From the NCBI GenBank assembly GCA_965541585.1, contig CBEUCH010000016.1, positions 1 to 64,000 of the forward strand: DNA of 64,000 nucleotides, read 5' to 3'. This document shows positions 29,994 through 40,264 of the stretch, piece by piece. Numbering within the stretch: position 1 is the stretch's first letter; each line of letters starts with the position of its first letter. This DNA is from an uncultured bacterium (GTDB lineage Bacteria; Zixibacteria; MSB-5A5; UBA10806). The notes under the pieces are model-generated. The model was not told where the DNA came from, searched no databases, and saw only the letters and a list, made by a program, of their open reading frames with translations. The position numbers and the translations under genes are program-made.

Positions 29994-30938
29994 TCAGGGA
30001 TCAATATACATAATTTCCCGCTGCAAGTCTATACTAAATTTCCCCTTCGCTGCATCGCCCATCATCTCCACCAACAGTTTTACATCTCTTGATGTTGCAT
30101 TGCCTCGATTCACCACGATGTTGCAATGTTTTTCAAACACAGCCGCCGCACCCACCGCCATTCCTCTTACTCCCGCATCCTCCAATATCTTACCGGCGGG
30201 AGTTACATTCGTGGGATCATCGAGCGACCTTAAGTTTTTATACACCGAGCCTGCGGACCCGAGTCCTACCGGATGATGCTCTTTTCTGAACCGACGCCGC
30301 TCATTAACTATTTCGGTTAATTTCGCCTTATCTTCATGGTGCAGTTGAAGTTTTACCGACAGAACGGTATCCCCGGATTCAGAGAGGCGTGATTTCCTGT
30401 ATTCAAATTTGAAATAATCGATATCGACGATCTCAATCTTACCGTCTTCGGTGTAAATCACGGCGCTTTTCAAAATCTCATTGATGGCATGACCGAATGC
30501 GCCGGCGTTACCGTAGACGGCTCCGCCGATAGTACCGCGGATTCCGGCGGCATATTCCATCCCTCCCAGACCGGCATCCATCGTGGCATCGACCATCTTA
30601 TCGACTATAACCCCCGACAGCGCGGAAATAACGTCGCCCTTGAGTCTGAATCTGTCTGTTTCATCCTTTATTATCAAACCGGTATAGCCGGCATCATCGA
30701 AAAGTATATTGGAACCGCCACCCAGGATAAAGAATTTCAATCCCATCTCTCTGGCCGCCCTGACAGCCCGGACGATATCGGTCGGCGTTCCGGCGACGAA
30801 AAAATGACGCGCCTCACCGCCTATGCCGAAGCTGGTGAATGGGGCCAGGATGACATCGTTTCGAACGCGGCCATCGAGTATCTCGTTTAATCGTTCGGTT
30901 TTTGAGATGTTTCCTACCATAGATATTCCACAGGTCAT
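29994..30938 (-). CDS. murB: UDP-N-acetylenolpyruvoylglucosamine reductase
   Basis: TSFGIGGEA, LGGGSNIL, GIRGTIGGAVYGNAGAFG, F.YRKS, SAGSVYKN and KHCN motifs. Confidence 0.95.
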   Translation of the reverse strand: MTCGISMVGNISKTERLNEILDGRVRNDVILAPFTSFGIGGEARHFFVAGTPTDIVRAVRAAREMGLKFFILGGGSNILFDDAGYTGLIIKDETDRFRLKGDVISALSGVIVDKMVDATMDAGLGGMEYAAGIRGTIGGAVYGNAGAFGHAINEILKSAVIYTEDGKIEIVDIDYFKFEYRKSRLSESGDTVLSVKLQLHHEDKAKLTEIVNERRRFRKEHHPVGLGSAGSVYKNLRSLDDPTNVTPAGKILEDAGVRGMAVGAAAVFEKHCNIVVNRGNATSRDVKLLVEMMGDAAKGKFSIDLQREIMYIDP

Positions 30939-30954
30939 ACTTGTATTATTATAC

Positions 30955-31179
30955 TTATTGTACCCACTCGAGGTTCGCGATTTTTGCCGCCGTAGCCACG
31001 AATGATACCGTCAGAAGGCCAATAGATATCAGGAGAACTATAAACGCCGGATTGAGCGTATCGGAAAGAAATTTCGTAACCAAAACAGCAATAGCATACA
31101 ATACCAAACCGGTTATCATGGCGGCCAGCGTTTTGCCGTAACTCTTGATGAGATTTTCGCCCAGGAGCCTGGTGGTCAT
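30955..31179 (-). CDS. Small membrane protein
   Basis: 74 aa with two hydrophobic helices, within the recG-murB run. Confidence 0.6.
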   Translation of the reverse strand: MTTRLLGENLIKSYGKTLAAMITGLVLYAIAVLVTKFLSDTLNPAFIVLLISIGLLTVSFVATAAKIANLEWVQ

Positions 31180-31202
31180 ATCCTGCTATGATCCTGGTAT
31201 AG

Positions 31203-31589
31203 TTATTCTTTCTGTTCTTCCGAATCGCCCGCGGCTGGTTTTTCGTCCCCCTCCTCCGTTGGAGCCGGGGACTCTTCTTCTTTCTTATCCGGACCCTTTT
31301 TTACCTCTTCGAGATAATTCATGCGAAGTTCATATAGAACATGTTTGAGATATTTCGTTTCATCCTCGGTGAGTTTCCCTTCTGTTTTCTCCTCGAGCAT
31401 GGCCAGCATATCTATGGAATGTTTGGCCATCACCAGATTGCGGTCGATCTTGCCCGTCATAATGCTCTGCACTTTCCCCATCTGCTGCCACGCCGCTGCT
31501 TGAAATGACAGGACAAGTTGGGTAAATAAAGCTGCAACGCCGTCCGGATCGACCTGGTCGCTATTCTTTCTTTCTTCATTTTCGCTCAT
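31203..31589 (-). CDS. DUF1844 domain protein
   Basis: F..LVLS...AWQQMGK...AKHSIDMLAMLEEKTEGKLT..E...L..LRMNY signature. Confidence 0.85.
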   Translation of the reverse strand: MSENEERKNSDQVDPDGVAALFTQLVLSFQAAAWQQMGKVQSIMTGKIDRNLVMAKHSIDMLAMLEEKTEGKLTEDETKYLKHVLYELRMNYLEEVKKGPDKKEEESPAPTEEGDEKPAAGDSEEQKE

Positions 31590-31591
31590 AA

Positions 31592-31774
31592 CTATTCCTT
31601 GTTTGCCGAAAGCTTCACCGCCATCGACAGTTTATGTTGAATATCCAGGAGATCGGCATCGATCTGCTTGAGCAGCCTCACAAGATCGAGATCCCCGGCA
31701 TCCGGTATCATACTGCTGACCATGGCCTCCAATTCTCTTGCCTTCAGGAGGGCCCGTTCCGCCCTATTCGTCAT
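31592..31774 (-). CDS. Hypothetical small helical protein
   Basis: 60-aa ORF preceded by GGAGG, abutting the DUF1844 gene. Confidence 0.65.
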   Translation of the reverse strand: MTNRAERALLKARELEAMVSSMIPDAGDLDLVRLLKQIDADLLDIQHKLSMAVKLSANKE

Positions 31775-31813
31775 ATATCCTCCCGGTCGTCACCGGCCCG
31801 GAACCTCACGGCA

Positions 31814-33940
31814 TCAGCCAATCTTCGCATAACGAATCTTGCCTCCCATTCTTTGTTTCAAAACAACTTTTATCCGACTATTTTCCTCCGCTTTCAAACC
31901 CGGATCTTCATCGATCATCTCGAACGCCAGATGCCTGGCCAGCGAGACCAGGTTCGTGTCTGTCAGGCGGGCCACCCGGAGTTCCGGCAATCCGTGCTGC
32001 TTTGTGCCAAAAATTTCCCCCGGGCCTCTTATATCGAGATCGATCTCTGCAATCTTAAAACCATCGCCGGTGACGGTCAAGGCTTCAATCCTGCGTCTGG
32101 CGTCCTCCCCGACCTTCTCCCCGGTCAAAAGAAAACAATAAGATTTCATGCTGGATCTTCCCACCCTGCCTCGCAGTTGATGCAACTGGGAAAGACCGAA
32201 CCTCTCAGCATGCTCGATCACCATAATGGTCGCCGACGGGACGTCCAATCCCACTTCCACGACTGTGGTGGCCGCCAGGATATCGATCTCCCCACTCTTG
32301 AATCTTTTCATGATATTAGCCTTCTCGTCGGCCTTCATGCGGCCATGCAACAACCCCAAACTGCGATCGGGGAATATCTCGGCTTTCAACTTCTCATAGG
32401 CTTCCGTTGCCGCTTTCATGTCCGATTTTTCAGTCTCTTCGACAAGGGGATAGACTATGAAAGTGGATTCTCGCTGCCCGGCTTTCTCCCTGATGAAATC
32501 ATACATACCCTGCCGTTTTTCCTCCGGCACGAACTTAGTCGCAATTGGAAGCCTCCCCGGGGGCATTTCATCGATTATGGAAACATCGAGATCGCCGTAT
32601 ATGGTCATAGCCAGGGTTCTGGGGATCGGCGTGGCGGTCATCACCAGCATATCCGGAATTCCTCCTTTAGCCTGAAGGCTGCCTCGCTGAACCACCCCAA
32701 AGCGGTGCTGCTCGTCGATAACAATCAGCCCCAATTTTGCAAAATCAACTTTTTTCTGAATGAGCGCGTGGGTACCGACTATCACGGAAGCCTCGCCGGA
32801 GGAAATTGCACCCATCGTTTTCACGCGGGCTCCACCCTTAATTGAACCTGTCAAAAGAACTGTCTTGATACCGAGCGGCTCCAGAAGCTCCATAACCGAA
32901 TAATAATGCTGTTCTGCGAGAATCTCGGTGGGAGCCATGATGGCAGTCTGGTAGCCCGATTCGATGGCGCCCAGCACAGCCAGGAGAGCCACTATGGTTT
33001 TGCCACTGCCGACATCGCCCTGAATAAGCCGGTTCATTTGATATTTTGCCTTCATATCCGTGTAGATCTCGTTCAAAACCTTAACCTGGGCGGACGTGAG
33101 TTTGAAGCCGAGGTTATCAAGCAACCGTCGACCGTTGGCCCTAGGCGGTTCCAGACTGATGCCATCGGTTTTGAGCCGACGGTTCTTGTGACGGCCGGCC
33201 ATGATCAGCTCCAGATAGAAAAGCTCCTCGAAAGCCAGGCGCTGCCGTCCGGAATCGGCCTTCTCTAACGTTTCGGGGAAATGAACCTGGCGGATGGCAC
33301 GTGTCAGACTAACCAGCCCGTATTTCTGGCGCCATTTATCCGGGATCGTCTCACACGGGCTTTCAGCCAGCCTGTCGAGGGCCGGCTTGATTATTCTCCT
33401 GAACCCTCTCGAGTGAAGGCCGATATTCTTCAATGACGAATTCTCCGGATAGATGGGAATCAGGCGGCCGGTGTGGATCGTCTCTTCATCCGCCGAACCG
33501 ACAATCTCGAACTCCGGATGAGGGAGATACACTCGACCGTACAGGCGGGCCGTTCCGGAGGCACAGACGACATCCCCGACAGCGAACGCCGTCTCCAGGT
33601 AGCGGTATCCGGTAAACCAGACCAGCTCAAATTGATCTCGGTCGCTTTCCAGAATCACGACGAAGCGGTTTTTCCGGCCACGTGCAATCCCGGCCGCCGC
33701 CACGGTTCCCAGAATGGTTACGGTCATACCCTCGGCTATAGCGTCAAGCGGCGTAATAAGCGAACGGTCGAGATATTTCCTCGGCACGTAATAAAAAAGA
33801 TCGAATACGGTCTTGATACCGTTTTTCTTCAGAATATCGCCCTTTTTAGGGCCCACGCCTTTGAGATATTGTATATCGGAGAACAAGAATTCGAATCCAG
33901 CCGGGCGTCTTGATGATTTGGAATAGTCCCTTGTGGCCAT
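31814..33940 (-). CDS. recG: ATP-dependent DNA helicase RecG
   Basis: LKGVGP, RLIQGDVGSGKT, MAPTEILAEQH, DEQHRFGV, MTATPIPRTL and QLHQLRGRVGR motifs. Confidence 0.97.
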   Translation of the reverse strand: MATRDYSKSSRRPAGFEFLFSDIQYLKGVGPKKGDILKKNGIKTVFDLFYYVPRKYLDRSLITPLDAIAEGMTVTILGTVAAAGIARGRKNRFVVILESDRDQFELVWFTGYRYLETAFAVGDVVCASGTARLYGRVYLPHPEFEIVGSADEETIHTGRLIPIYPENSSLKNIGLHSRGFRRIIKPALDRLAESPCETIPDKWRQKYGLVSLTRAIRQVHFPETLEKADSGRQRLAFEELFYLELIMAGRHKNRRLKTDGISLEPPRANGRRLLDNLGFKLTSAQVKVLNEIYTDMKAKYQMNRLIQGDVGSGKTIVALLAVLGAIESGYQTAIMAPTEILAEQHYYSVMELLEPLGIKTVLLTGSIKGGARVKTMGAISSGEASVIVGTHALIQKKVDFAKLGLIVIDEQHRFGVVQRGSLQAKGGIPDMLVMTATPIPRTLAMTIYGDLDVSIIDEMPPGRLPIATKFVPEEKRQGMYDFIREKAGQRESTFIVYPLVEETEKSDMKAATEAYEKLKAEIFPDRSLGLLHGRMKADEKANIMKRFKSGEIDILAATTVVEVGLDVPSATIMVIEHAERFGLSQLHQLRGRVGRSSMKSYCFLLTGEKVGEDARRRIEALTVTGDGFKIAEIDLDIRGPGEIFGTKQHGLPELRVARLTDTNLVSLARHLAFEMIDEDPGLKAEENSRIKVVLKQRMGGKIRYAKIG

Positions 33941-34032
33941 GGAGGTTATCTTAAAGACGCACTATATCAAAGTCAAGCCACATCGCTACCAAAGGCGCAT
34001 GAGGTCGGAATTGAAATAGTTGGCTAAAGATC

Positions 34033-34060
34033 TTGCTATCTTGCCGAAAATATATATATT
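34033..34060 (+). promoter_or_regulatory. Possible sigma70 promoter of rpmB
   Basis: TTGCTA-N16-TATATT before the GGAGG RBS. Confidence 0.4.
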
Positions 34061-34081
34061 GCTGCAAATCTGGAGGGTTCG

Positions 34082-34270
34082 ATGGCTCAACGATGTGAAA
34101 TATGCGGGAAAAAACCGGGCTTTGGCAATACGGTCAGCCATGCACACAATATCAGCAAACGGCGTTTCAATGTAAACCTAAAGACCGTCAACGCCCGGGT
34201 CAACGGCCGGCCCAAAAGGATCAAGGTCTGCACCAGTTGCCTGAAGGCCGGCAAGGTAATGAAAAGGTAA
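34082..34270 (+). CDS. rpmB: 50S ribosomal protein L28 (Zn-ribbon CxxC form)
   Basis: CEICGKKPGFGNTVSHAH...KRRF..NL...VCTSCLK. Confidence 0.97.
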   Translation: MAQRCEICGKKPGFGNTVSHAHNISKRRFNVNLKTVNARVNGRPKRIKVCTSCLKAGKVMKR

Positions 34271-34304
34271 TGAAGTAGTTACCGGCGAAAAGAAAAGCTT
34301 GCAC

Positions 34305-34331
34305 ACCCGTCGATGATCCGGCGGGTTTTTT
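34305..34331 (+). terminator. Intrinsic terminator after rpmB
   Basis: ACCCGTCG/CGGCGGGT stem followed by a T run. Confidence 0.75.
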
Positions 34332-34406
34332 GTTTACAGATGGTCGATCGTGTCTGGATTTGCGGCTTAGTCTCGCTTTTCCGAGCCGACGAAGGTTATA
34401 TTTGTC

Positions 34407-35975
34407 TTATGAAAAACCTACTTTGAATCCCTGTCTAAATCTTGTGAATATAACCGACTTCAGGGATAACGACTCGCCGATTCTTAATTTTTTCAGATCT
34501 TCTAAAGACCATTTATTTGTTTCCCTGTTGTAATTGGGTGTTTCCATAACGAAATCAACATCCCTGGCCTTGACATAACCTATATGGTCATAATTTCCAC
34601 GCGCATCGATAAAATTCAACAACATAGCATCGACCCGGCCATCCAGTGAACGTATTACGAATCTCTGATCCAGCCGGTAACGGATCTGGACCTCCTGATA
34701 GGCGAGAGAAACGGGTAGTTTCGATGGTCTGCCCAGTTCATCGAACATCCGGTCGCTAAATTCCCGTCGCGCCTCCGGCGCTTCCATCGCTCTCCATAGC
34801 CCTCCGGACGGGTAATTACTGCCGGATTTATACCTTAAGTATACTTCTCCGGAGAAAAGCACACCCAGGAGAACCAGGGAGGCTGCAAAAAGGGCAGTCC
34901 TGGTTCTCCGCCCCGTATTGAGGTTTTCCGATACCGATTTCGCTCCCAGTCCCGAAAACAAAGTCATGATCGGGATCATAAATATAATATATCTGGAAAG
35001 GTGGTGGGCCCCCAATATGCTACTGTAAAGAATGAAAAAAACAGCTACGACGGCAGCGGGATAGGCGAAGTAGATTAAAGAGGGATCACCTGAACGTCTT
35101 CTTGAGAGCAGAATCCGAAAACCTAAGAGCATGCTGATAGTTAAAGGAAAATAATATATCAGGTATTTGGCAAATTTGAGATTTACCGGTAGAAAGCCGA
35201 TTTGAAATGACTCCTGGCCGCTTATTCCCGACCGGGCCATGCCCGATGTCGGCAAGAGCTGGCCGGTCTCATAATAAAGCAGACCGAAATATATGGCGCT
35301 GGAAAGCAGAAACGGCGCCAGGGCCGTTATTATATTTTTGAGGGAGATGAGCACAGATCTTTTCGAACCAACAGAGGACCGCAGCGACCGTAGAGCCTTA
35401 AAACCGAAAGCAAGTATTGCTACAACGAAACCCTCTGGCCTGATCCAGCATAATATTCCCAATAATAGCCCCAGGAATAGATTTCTATTTATATCGCTGT
35501 CAGCCGGGGCGAGCCAATCCCATTTGACCGCCAGAAAAAGCCAGAACAAAAACAGGGCTGCGAAAATACCGTTTTCCATCCCCGTGGTGGCGTTATAAAC
35601 GGCGCCCGGCATGACGGATATTATCAACGTCACCATCCAGGCCCAGAATTCACTGCCGATCAGTTTACTCGATAAAACAAATGCCAGATATAACAACAGA
35701 TACCAGCAGAGGATATTGAGAATTTTAGCAGCCAGCGGGACAATTGACTCAGGGAGTATCTTGAAGAATAATGTCAGGATAAACATATATCCGGGACTTG
35801 TAACGCCGGCCGATTTTTCGCCCGCATTAAACTCGAATAGATGACCTGCAGCGGCGTTCCCGGCGTAAACCAGGTGAATCTCGGCATCCCCCGAATACAT
35901 GGAAAAATAGAAAAGGGGATGTACTATCATAATTATGATCAAAATTAATTTCAAAATTCCAGCCCGTTTTTTCAT
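34407..35975 (-). CDS. Polytopic membrane GT-C-type glycosyltransferase (putative)
   Basis: DAEIH..YA.N...G..F.FN.GE...GVTSP, GME and RPEG motifs; many TM helices. Confidence 0.65.
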   Translation of the reverse strand: MKKRAGILKLILIIIMIVHPLFYFSMYSGDAEIHLVYAGNAAAGHLFEFNAGEKSAGVTSPGYMFILTLFFKILPESIVPLAAKILNILCWYLLLYLAFVLSSKLIGSEFWAWMVTLIISVMPGAVYNATTGMENGIFAALFLFWLFLAVKWDWLAPADSDINRNLFLGLLLGILCWIRPEGFVVAILAFGFKALRSLRSSVGSKRSVLISLKNIITALAPFLLSSAIYFGLLYYETGQLLPTSGMARSGISGQESFQIGFLPVNLKFAKYLIYYFPLTISMLLGFRILLSRRRSGDPSLIYFAYPAAVVAVFFILYSSILGAHHLSRYIIFMIPIMTLFSGLGAKSVSENLNTGRRTRTALFAASLVLLGVLFSGEVYLRYKSGSNYPSGGLWRAMEAPEARREFSDRMFDELGRPSKLPVSLAYQEVQIRYRLDQRFVIRSLDGRVDAMLLNFIDARGNYDHIGYVKARDVDFVMETPNYNRETNKWSLEDLKKLRIGESLSLKSVIFTRFRQGFKVGFS

Positions 35976-35993
35976 TGATACATTTCCGGGACG

Positions 35994-37499
35994 CTATTTA
36001 ATGGCGGCTTTTTCGAGGTTATTGCATTGATCTTTCTTGAAACTCAAAACGACTCCTGCCAGAGCCCAGTATGCCAGACCGGACGAACCCGAAAACGGCA
36101 AATTGACCAGTCCGCACAGCCAGAAGCCAACCGTCCCGGCTATCATTGCACATCCGAACAAGCGAGCCATACTACGTCGAGCGCTCCGCAGTCGACGGGC
36201 GTCACGAAAAACCGATATAAGCAAGAGTAGAAAAATCACCCCCCCGGCTATCCCGGTTTCGAGTGTTTTCTGCAGCAGTTCGTTATGGGGTTTCACATAG
36301 AGCTCTTTTTCTTTTGACACACCTTGTGCGCGCGAGCCACTGCCGTGCCCGATCCCGATTCCCATTGGATGCGACCGCACTATATCAAGCGCCGGAGCCC
36401 ATATATGTTCGGCTCGTTCGCTAACGGAACTTGCTTTAAGAGGATTAGTCAATTCGGCCAGCCGGATAAATTTCGGTATCTTTGTATCTTTAAGATAAGG
36501 ACCAGCCGCTGTGAGGGTTGCAAATATGACGACCGCCGTGGCGGCGATCCAGAAAACCAACCTTTTCCGATTCCGGCTGCTTCTCAAATAATAGACAATT
36601 GCCAGCGAAACCAACGACATCATTATCGGCATCCTCTCCAGCGTTAACAGCAGGATGGCAGACCAGAGGATGAAATAGCCCGTCCGTAACTTAAACCATC
36701 CTCCGCGGAATACACGGTTGCAGGCAAGGACTAATGAGAATATCAGCGCATTGGTGAAGGTAAAATCCATATAGCCATAAAAGAGAGAAAATACTCGCAA
36801 TTCGAGCCCTCTCTCACCTATTGTCAACCAACCCTCGGAACTCTCATTGAATGCGACTCCTGACAGCCAGTCTTTCTCCCATGGATAGTATCCGAGAATA
36901 TGTTGTCCCAGTCCATAGAGGCATGAAACCACCCCGAGAATAAGCATCGCTTTGAGAATTTTCACAGCATCGGATTCACCGGAGAACACATTCGCCATTA
37001 AAAATAATATCATCATATTCGGAAGAATATTCCTTTCAAATCCACCGAAGCCTACAAGGACAGAGTTTGTAGGAAAGAATATCGAAAGGAAACCCAGCCC
37101 GGCGAATAGTATCATCAGGATCCTCGTCTTATCGGGACAGATTCTCTCTCCCTGTGTCAGTCGCAAATAGAAATCTGACAGTATTAGCCCGGCGAGAAGT
37201 AGAGCCGGAGCAATCCCTAACAAGTCGAAACCCGCTGCCCCGGTTAACCTATAGTCTATTCCATAAGATATCCTCAGGAAGAAAGGTTTCGTGAAAAAGA
37301 AGATCAATGCCAGAATTACGCCGGTTGATCGGTTGTATATCCACGTTGTCAAAACGATAAAAGAGATAACGACAGCAATCGATTGATTGAGAGTTATTCC
37401 CTTGAAGATGACCAGGCTCGTGATAAACGCCGAAAGTATGGCCAGAATCGAAACAGGCAACAGGCTGAAATGCATCGACCTGGAGTTTATGCTATCCAT
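35994..37499 (-). CDS. O-antigen ligase/polymerase (Wzy_C) family protein
   Basis: Multi-TM; ER..IW......HPMGIGIG and PHNELLQ..LETGI.G motifs. Confidence 0.85.
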   Translation of the reverse strand: MDSINSRSMHFSLLPVSILAILSAFITSLVIFKGITLNQSIAVVISFIVLTTWIYNRSTGVILALIFFFTKPFFLRISYGIDYRLTGAAGFDLLGIAPALLLAGLILSDFYLRLTQGERICPDKTRILMILFAGLGFLSIFFPTNSVLVGFGGFERNILPNMMILFLMANVFSGESDAVKILKAMLILGVVSCLYGLGQHILGYYPWEKDWLSGVAFNESSEGWLTIGERGLELRVFSLFYGYMDFTFTNALIFSLVLACNRVFRGGWFKLRTGYFILWSAILLLTLERMPIMMSLVSLAIVYYLRSSRNRKRLVFWIAATAVVIFATLTAAGPYLKDTKIPKFIRLAELTNPLKASSVSERAEHIWAPALDIVRSHPMGIGIGHGSGSRAQGVSKEKELYVKPHNELLQKTLETGIAGGVIFLLLLISVFRDARRLRSARRSMARLFGCAMIAGTVGFWLCGLVNLPFSGSSGLAYWALAGVVLSFKKDQCNNLEKAAIK

Positions 37500-37504
37500 T
37501 TTTT

Positions 37505-38620
37505 CTAGTCTTCGAGGTTCTTATCCGACCTGGAATTCTTCTGCTCGGATACGCAGGGAATCCCTGCAACACGTTCCACAAGACGCTCTTCCAGCTTGTT
37601 CAGCCGGACGCCGGGCGATGTGATTACTCTATCGATGTTCCGTTTGATTTGACGTTTATAAGAGAGATCGAGCCAGAGGCTGAGTAACACCGAGCAAACA
37701 AGCGATCCGAAAAACGCTGCCATGAGAATTACGCTTCGCCGGGGCGATGATTTAACCAGGGGCACTGCGCCAGTATCAAGCACCTGTACGATTGGAACAT
37801 CTCTCGCCGCCTCCAGCCTGGCCAGTTCGTGTTGCTGGTTTAGCGAAATGTACAGTGCGGCCTTGAGCTCGATATTCCTTTGCAGGCGGGATAAGAGCAG
37901 CTGAAGCCCGGGATCGTCGGATCTTAAGTAATTCATATTCTTTTCTCTGAAAGATCTAAGCGTGTCCTCTGCCTGCTGAAGCTCACGGCTAACCTCGGCC
38001 AATCTTCTTGAAATGAATTTCTCGTTGTCCGCCGCTCTGGATCGGCGATGGTGGACATTGTAATAATCGAGCTCTTCGAGGTAGGCACGAACTACGGCCG
38101 CCGACAGCTCCGGATATCTTGTAGTTGCAGAGAGCAATACGATCCCGGTCCGCATATCAGTATCGATCTCGATCAGCTCTTTTAGTCCTTGCAAACCATA
38201 GTCTATGTTCGCAGCGTCAAGGTATTCCTGCAGACTCATTGATCTGTTCTGATTCTTATGCATGAATGAAAAATTGCGTTTTAAAATCCTCTCCGATATG
38301 AGCCTGCTGGAAAGTATCTTCGGGTAAAGCGCGGATGAATTTTCGGGGGCCTGAGCCAGGACACCCAGATCCAATTCATCCAACGATCCGGCCGCAAGGT
38401 TCTTAAGTTCTGACATTCTATTAGTCTCCCCAGATGGCAAAATAGAAGCCGAGGAGGTATACATGTTATTTGCTATGACACTGTATACTATCGCTACCAG
38501 AACCGAGGAGGCGACTATTACATAAGTCAGCTTCCGATATCTCAAAATCGGCAGTACAAACGATCCCCAGAATGGCGGCAGATTTTCGCCGGCAGATTTT
38601 TTCAGTTCGATTCGATCCAT
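37505..38620 (-). CDS. Polysaccharide chain-length determinant (Wzz/GumC, GNVR domain)
   Basis: N- and C-terminal TMs, Y.SSASILP, coiled coil, VQVLD..AVP..KSSPRR. Confidence 0.85.
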   Translation of the reverse strand: MDRIELKKSAGENLPPFWGSFVLPILRYRKLTYVIVASSVLVAIVYSVIANNMYTSSASILPSGETNRMSELKNLAAGSLDELDLGVLAQAPENSSALYPKILSSRLISERILKRNFSFMHKNQNRSMSLQEYLDAANIDYGLQGLKELIEIDTDMRTGIVLLSATTRYPELSAAVVRAYLEELDYYNVHHRRSRAADNEKFISRRLAEVSRELQQAEDTLRSFREKNMNYLRSDDPGLQLLLSRLQRNIELKAALYISLNQQHELARLEAARDVPIVQVLDTGAVPLVKSSPRRSVILMAAFFGSLVCSVLLSLWLDLSYKRQIKRNIDRVITSPGVRLNKLEERLVERVAGIPCVSEQKNSRSDKNLED

Positions 38621-38908
38621 AGATACATATCCTCCCCGGTATCAACACCACTCAAAAACTCTGCCATGTCGCGGTTTTGATAACCTGTTGCCACACAACG
38701 AGATTTCCTATAGGGCCACAGAGCTAATTGGAAAGCTTTTCCTCGTCCATGGAACTTATTGCCATGGCTTTGGAATGAGATCCGGACCAAGGGTAATCCG
38801 GAGACTGACATCTACCTGTGTCAGCGCTGCCGCACCGATAAGCCGAATGACACACTTCGGGCTCCATTGAATTTTCATAATCTATTGAATCATATGGTAT
38901 TAGCTGAA

Positions 38909-38923
38909 TGGCACGGCCTTTGT
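38909..38923 (+). promoter_or_regulatory. Putative sigma54 (-24/-12) promoter
   Basis: TGGCACG-GCCT-TTGT versus the consensus TGGCACG-N4-TTGC, ~50 bp upstream of the next gene. Confidence 0.5.
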
Positions 38924-38962
38924 TTTAAGTATTGGCGAGTCTTGAAAACCAAATAACTAAAC

Positions 38963-40072
38963 ATGGGAGGAGCCATGAGAAATCAAGGATCAATTGTAGC
39001 AATCATCGTCGTCTGCGTGGTTGGCTTGGCGGTCGTTCTGGTAGGAAGCCTTGCCACCAGGCCGACGATCGTCGAGACACAGGCCATCGCAGGGGATCTG
39101 GCCAAGTCCGAGGCGGTGGCAACGCAGGTTTCTGAACTTCCGGCGGAATATCATTCGGTGGTCAGCACCGTTCTGGTGGACGAGGGCAGGCTTGTAATAG
39201 GCGCCGGTGATGGCATCTATATCTGGCCCGGCCTGGACGATGGATTCGAACCGGAGAAAAGAGAACCGGGAGTCGAGCTTAAGCATCTGAATGCTATCCT
39301 GCCTATTGACGATCACCGCTATGTCGCCGGCGACGGTCTCTACCTGCTCGACGACAACTATTCCATGCTGCTCGAAGCTTATGATTTCGGCAGCCGGGTG
39401 TATGCCCTGATGGAATTCGGCGAGGGAATTCTTATCGGCACCGAACTGGGGCTCTGGTATCATAGCGATCTTCCAATCGAGGAAGAGAGCGCCCCCGACA
39501 CGCTTTTGAAGGACGGTATCATTGTTCCAGCGCTGGTGGAGGATCGCGGCGGGCTCTGGGTCGGTACCCACGGTGATGGGCTCTATCGTTTCGATGGTCA
39601 GAACTGGCAGGAGAGATTCTTAAAGCGCGATACGTTGATGTTCGATTTTGTAAACGCCCTGGAGTATTCCTACCCGTTTCTCTGGGTCGGCACAGACGAG
39701 GCCATCTTCCGCTATGACGGCGGAAAGTGGGCGCAGATGTTCGTCAGCGACTCATCGGAGACCTACGACGTAACCTGTATCATGACCACGCCGGCGGCCA
39801 CTTATATCGGCACCGACGCGGGGTTGTTGAGATACGCGCAGGATGACCTTACCACCGATGAGTTCTTCGAGGGTTCGGAGATCGTCGGGCTCTGCAGAAG
39901 TGAAAAAGGTGTGATCGTGGCCACGAGGGAGGATGGAATTTTCACCTACCAGGGAAAGGAGGAGATGGTTTCGCCGGAACAGCTTACTCCGCACATATTT
40001 GCTGCGGACAAGAAAAACGAGATCATAGCCGGAACATTACCCGAGGCCATCGCCGAGGGAACCGATTATTGA
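38963..40072 (+). CDS. Membrane-anchored beta-propeller protein (two-component-regulator-propeller-like)
   Basis: N-terminal TM; repeated LWVGT.G.GL.RFDG blades. The likely start is ATG 38975, after GGAGG. Confidence 0.75.
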   Translation: MGGAMRNQGSIVAIIVVCVVGLAVVLVGSLATRPTIVETQAIAGDLAKSEAVATQVSELPAEYHSVVSTVLVDEGRLVIGAGDGIYIWPGLDDGFEPEKREPGVELKHLNAILPIDDHRYVAGDGLYLLDDNYSMLLEAYDFGSRVYALMEFGEGILIGTELGLWYHSDLPIEEESAPDTLLKDGIIVPALVEDRGGLWVGTHGDGLYRFDGQNWQERFLKRDTLMFDFVNALEYSYPFLWVGTDEAIFRYDGGKWAQMFVSDSSETYDVTCIMTTPAATYIGTDAGLLRYAQDDLTTDEFFEGSEIVGLCRSEKGVIVATREDGIFTYQGKEEMVSPEQLTPHIFAADKKNEIIAGTLPEAIAEGTDY

Positions 40073-40123
40073 ACCTAAAACGCGGTCGGATCTGAAAATC
40101 CGGCTGTCGACTCGCGGCCACCT

Positions 40124-40157
40124 GTAGGGGCGAAGACAATTCGCCCCTCTTTTTTTT
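40124..40157 (+). terminator. Intrinsic terminator formed by a GTAG-type REP-like hairpin
   Basis: GTAGGGGCGAAgacaaTTCGCCCCT followed by CTTTTTTTT. Confidence 0.75.
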
Positions 40158-40176
40158 AGCATACTTGCGAAATATA

Positions 40177-40205
40177 TTGACTATGTGGCGCGGGGTATCT
40201 ATATT
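40177..40205 (+). promoter_or_regulatory. Sigma70 promoter for the LVIVD plus paralog-array operon
   Basis: TTGACT-N17-TATATT, 60 bp before ATG 40265 (RBS AGGAGG). Confidence 0.65.
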
Positions 40206-40264
40206 ATAATTTGGTTTATTAACATCTCTGCTGCGGTGGTATCAGCGGTCTATAGGAGGCGAAT

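Noticed and set aside
31634..32845. 403-aa plus-strand ORF
   Set aside because: It is an antisense shadow of recG and has no recognisable motifs.
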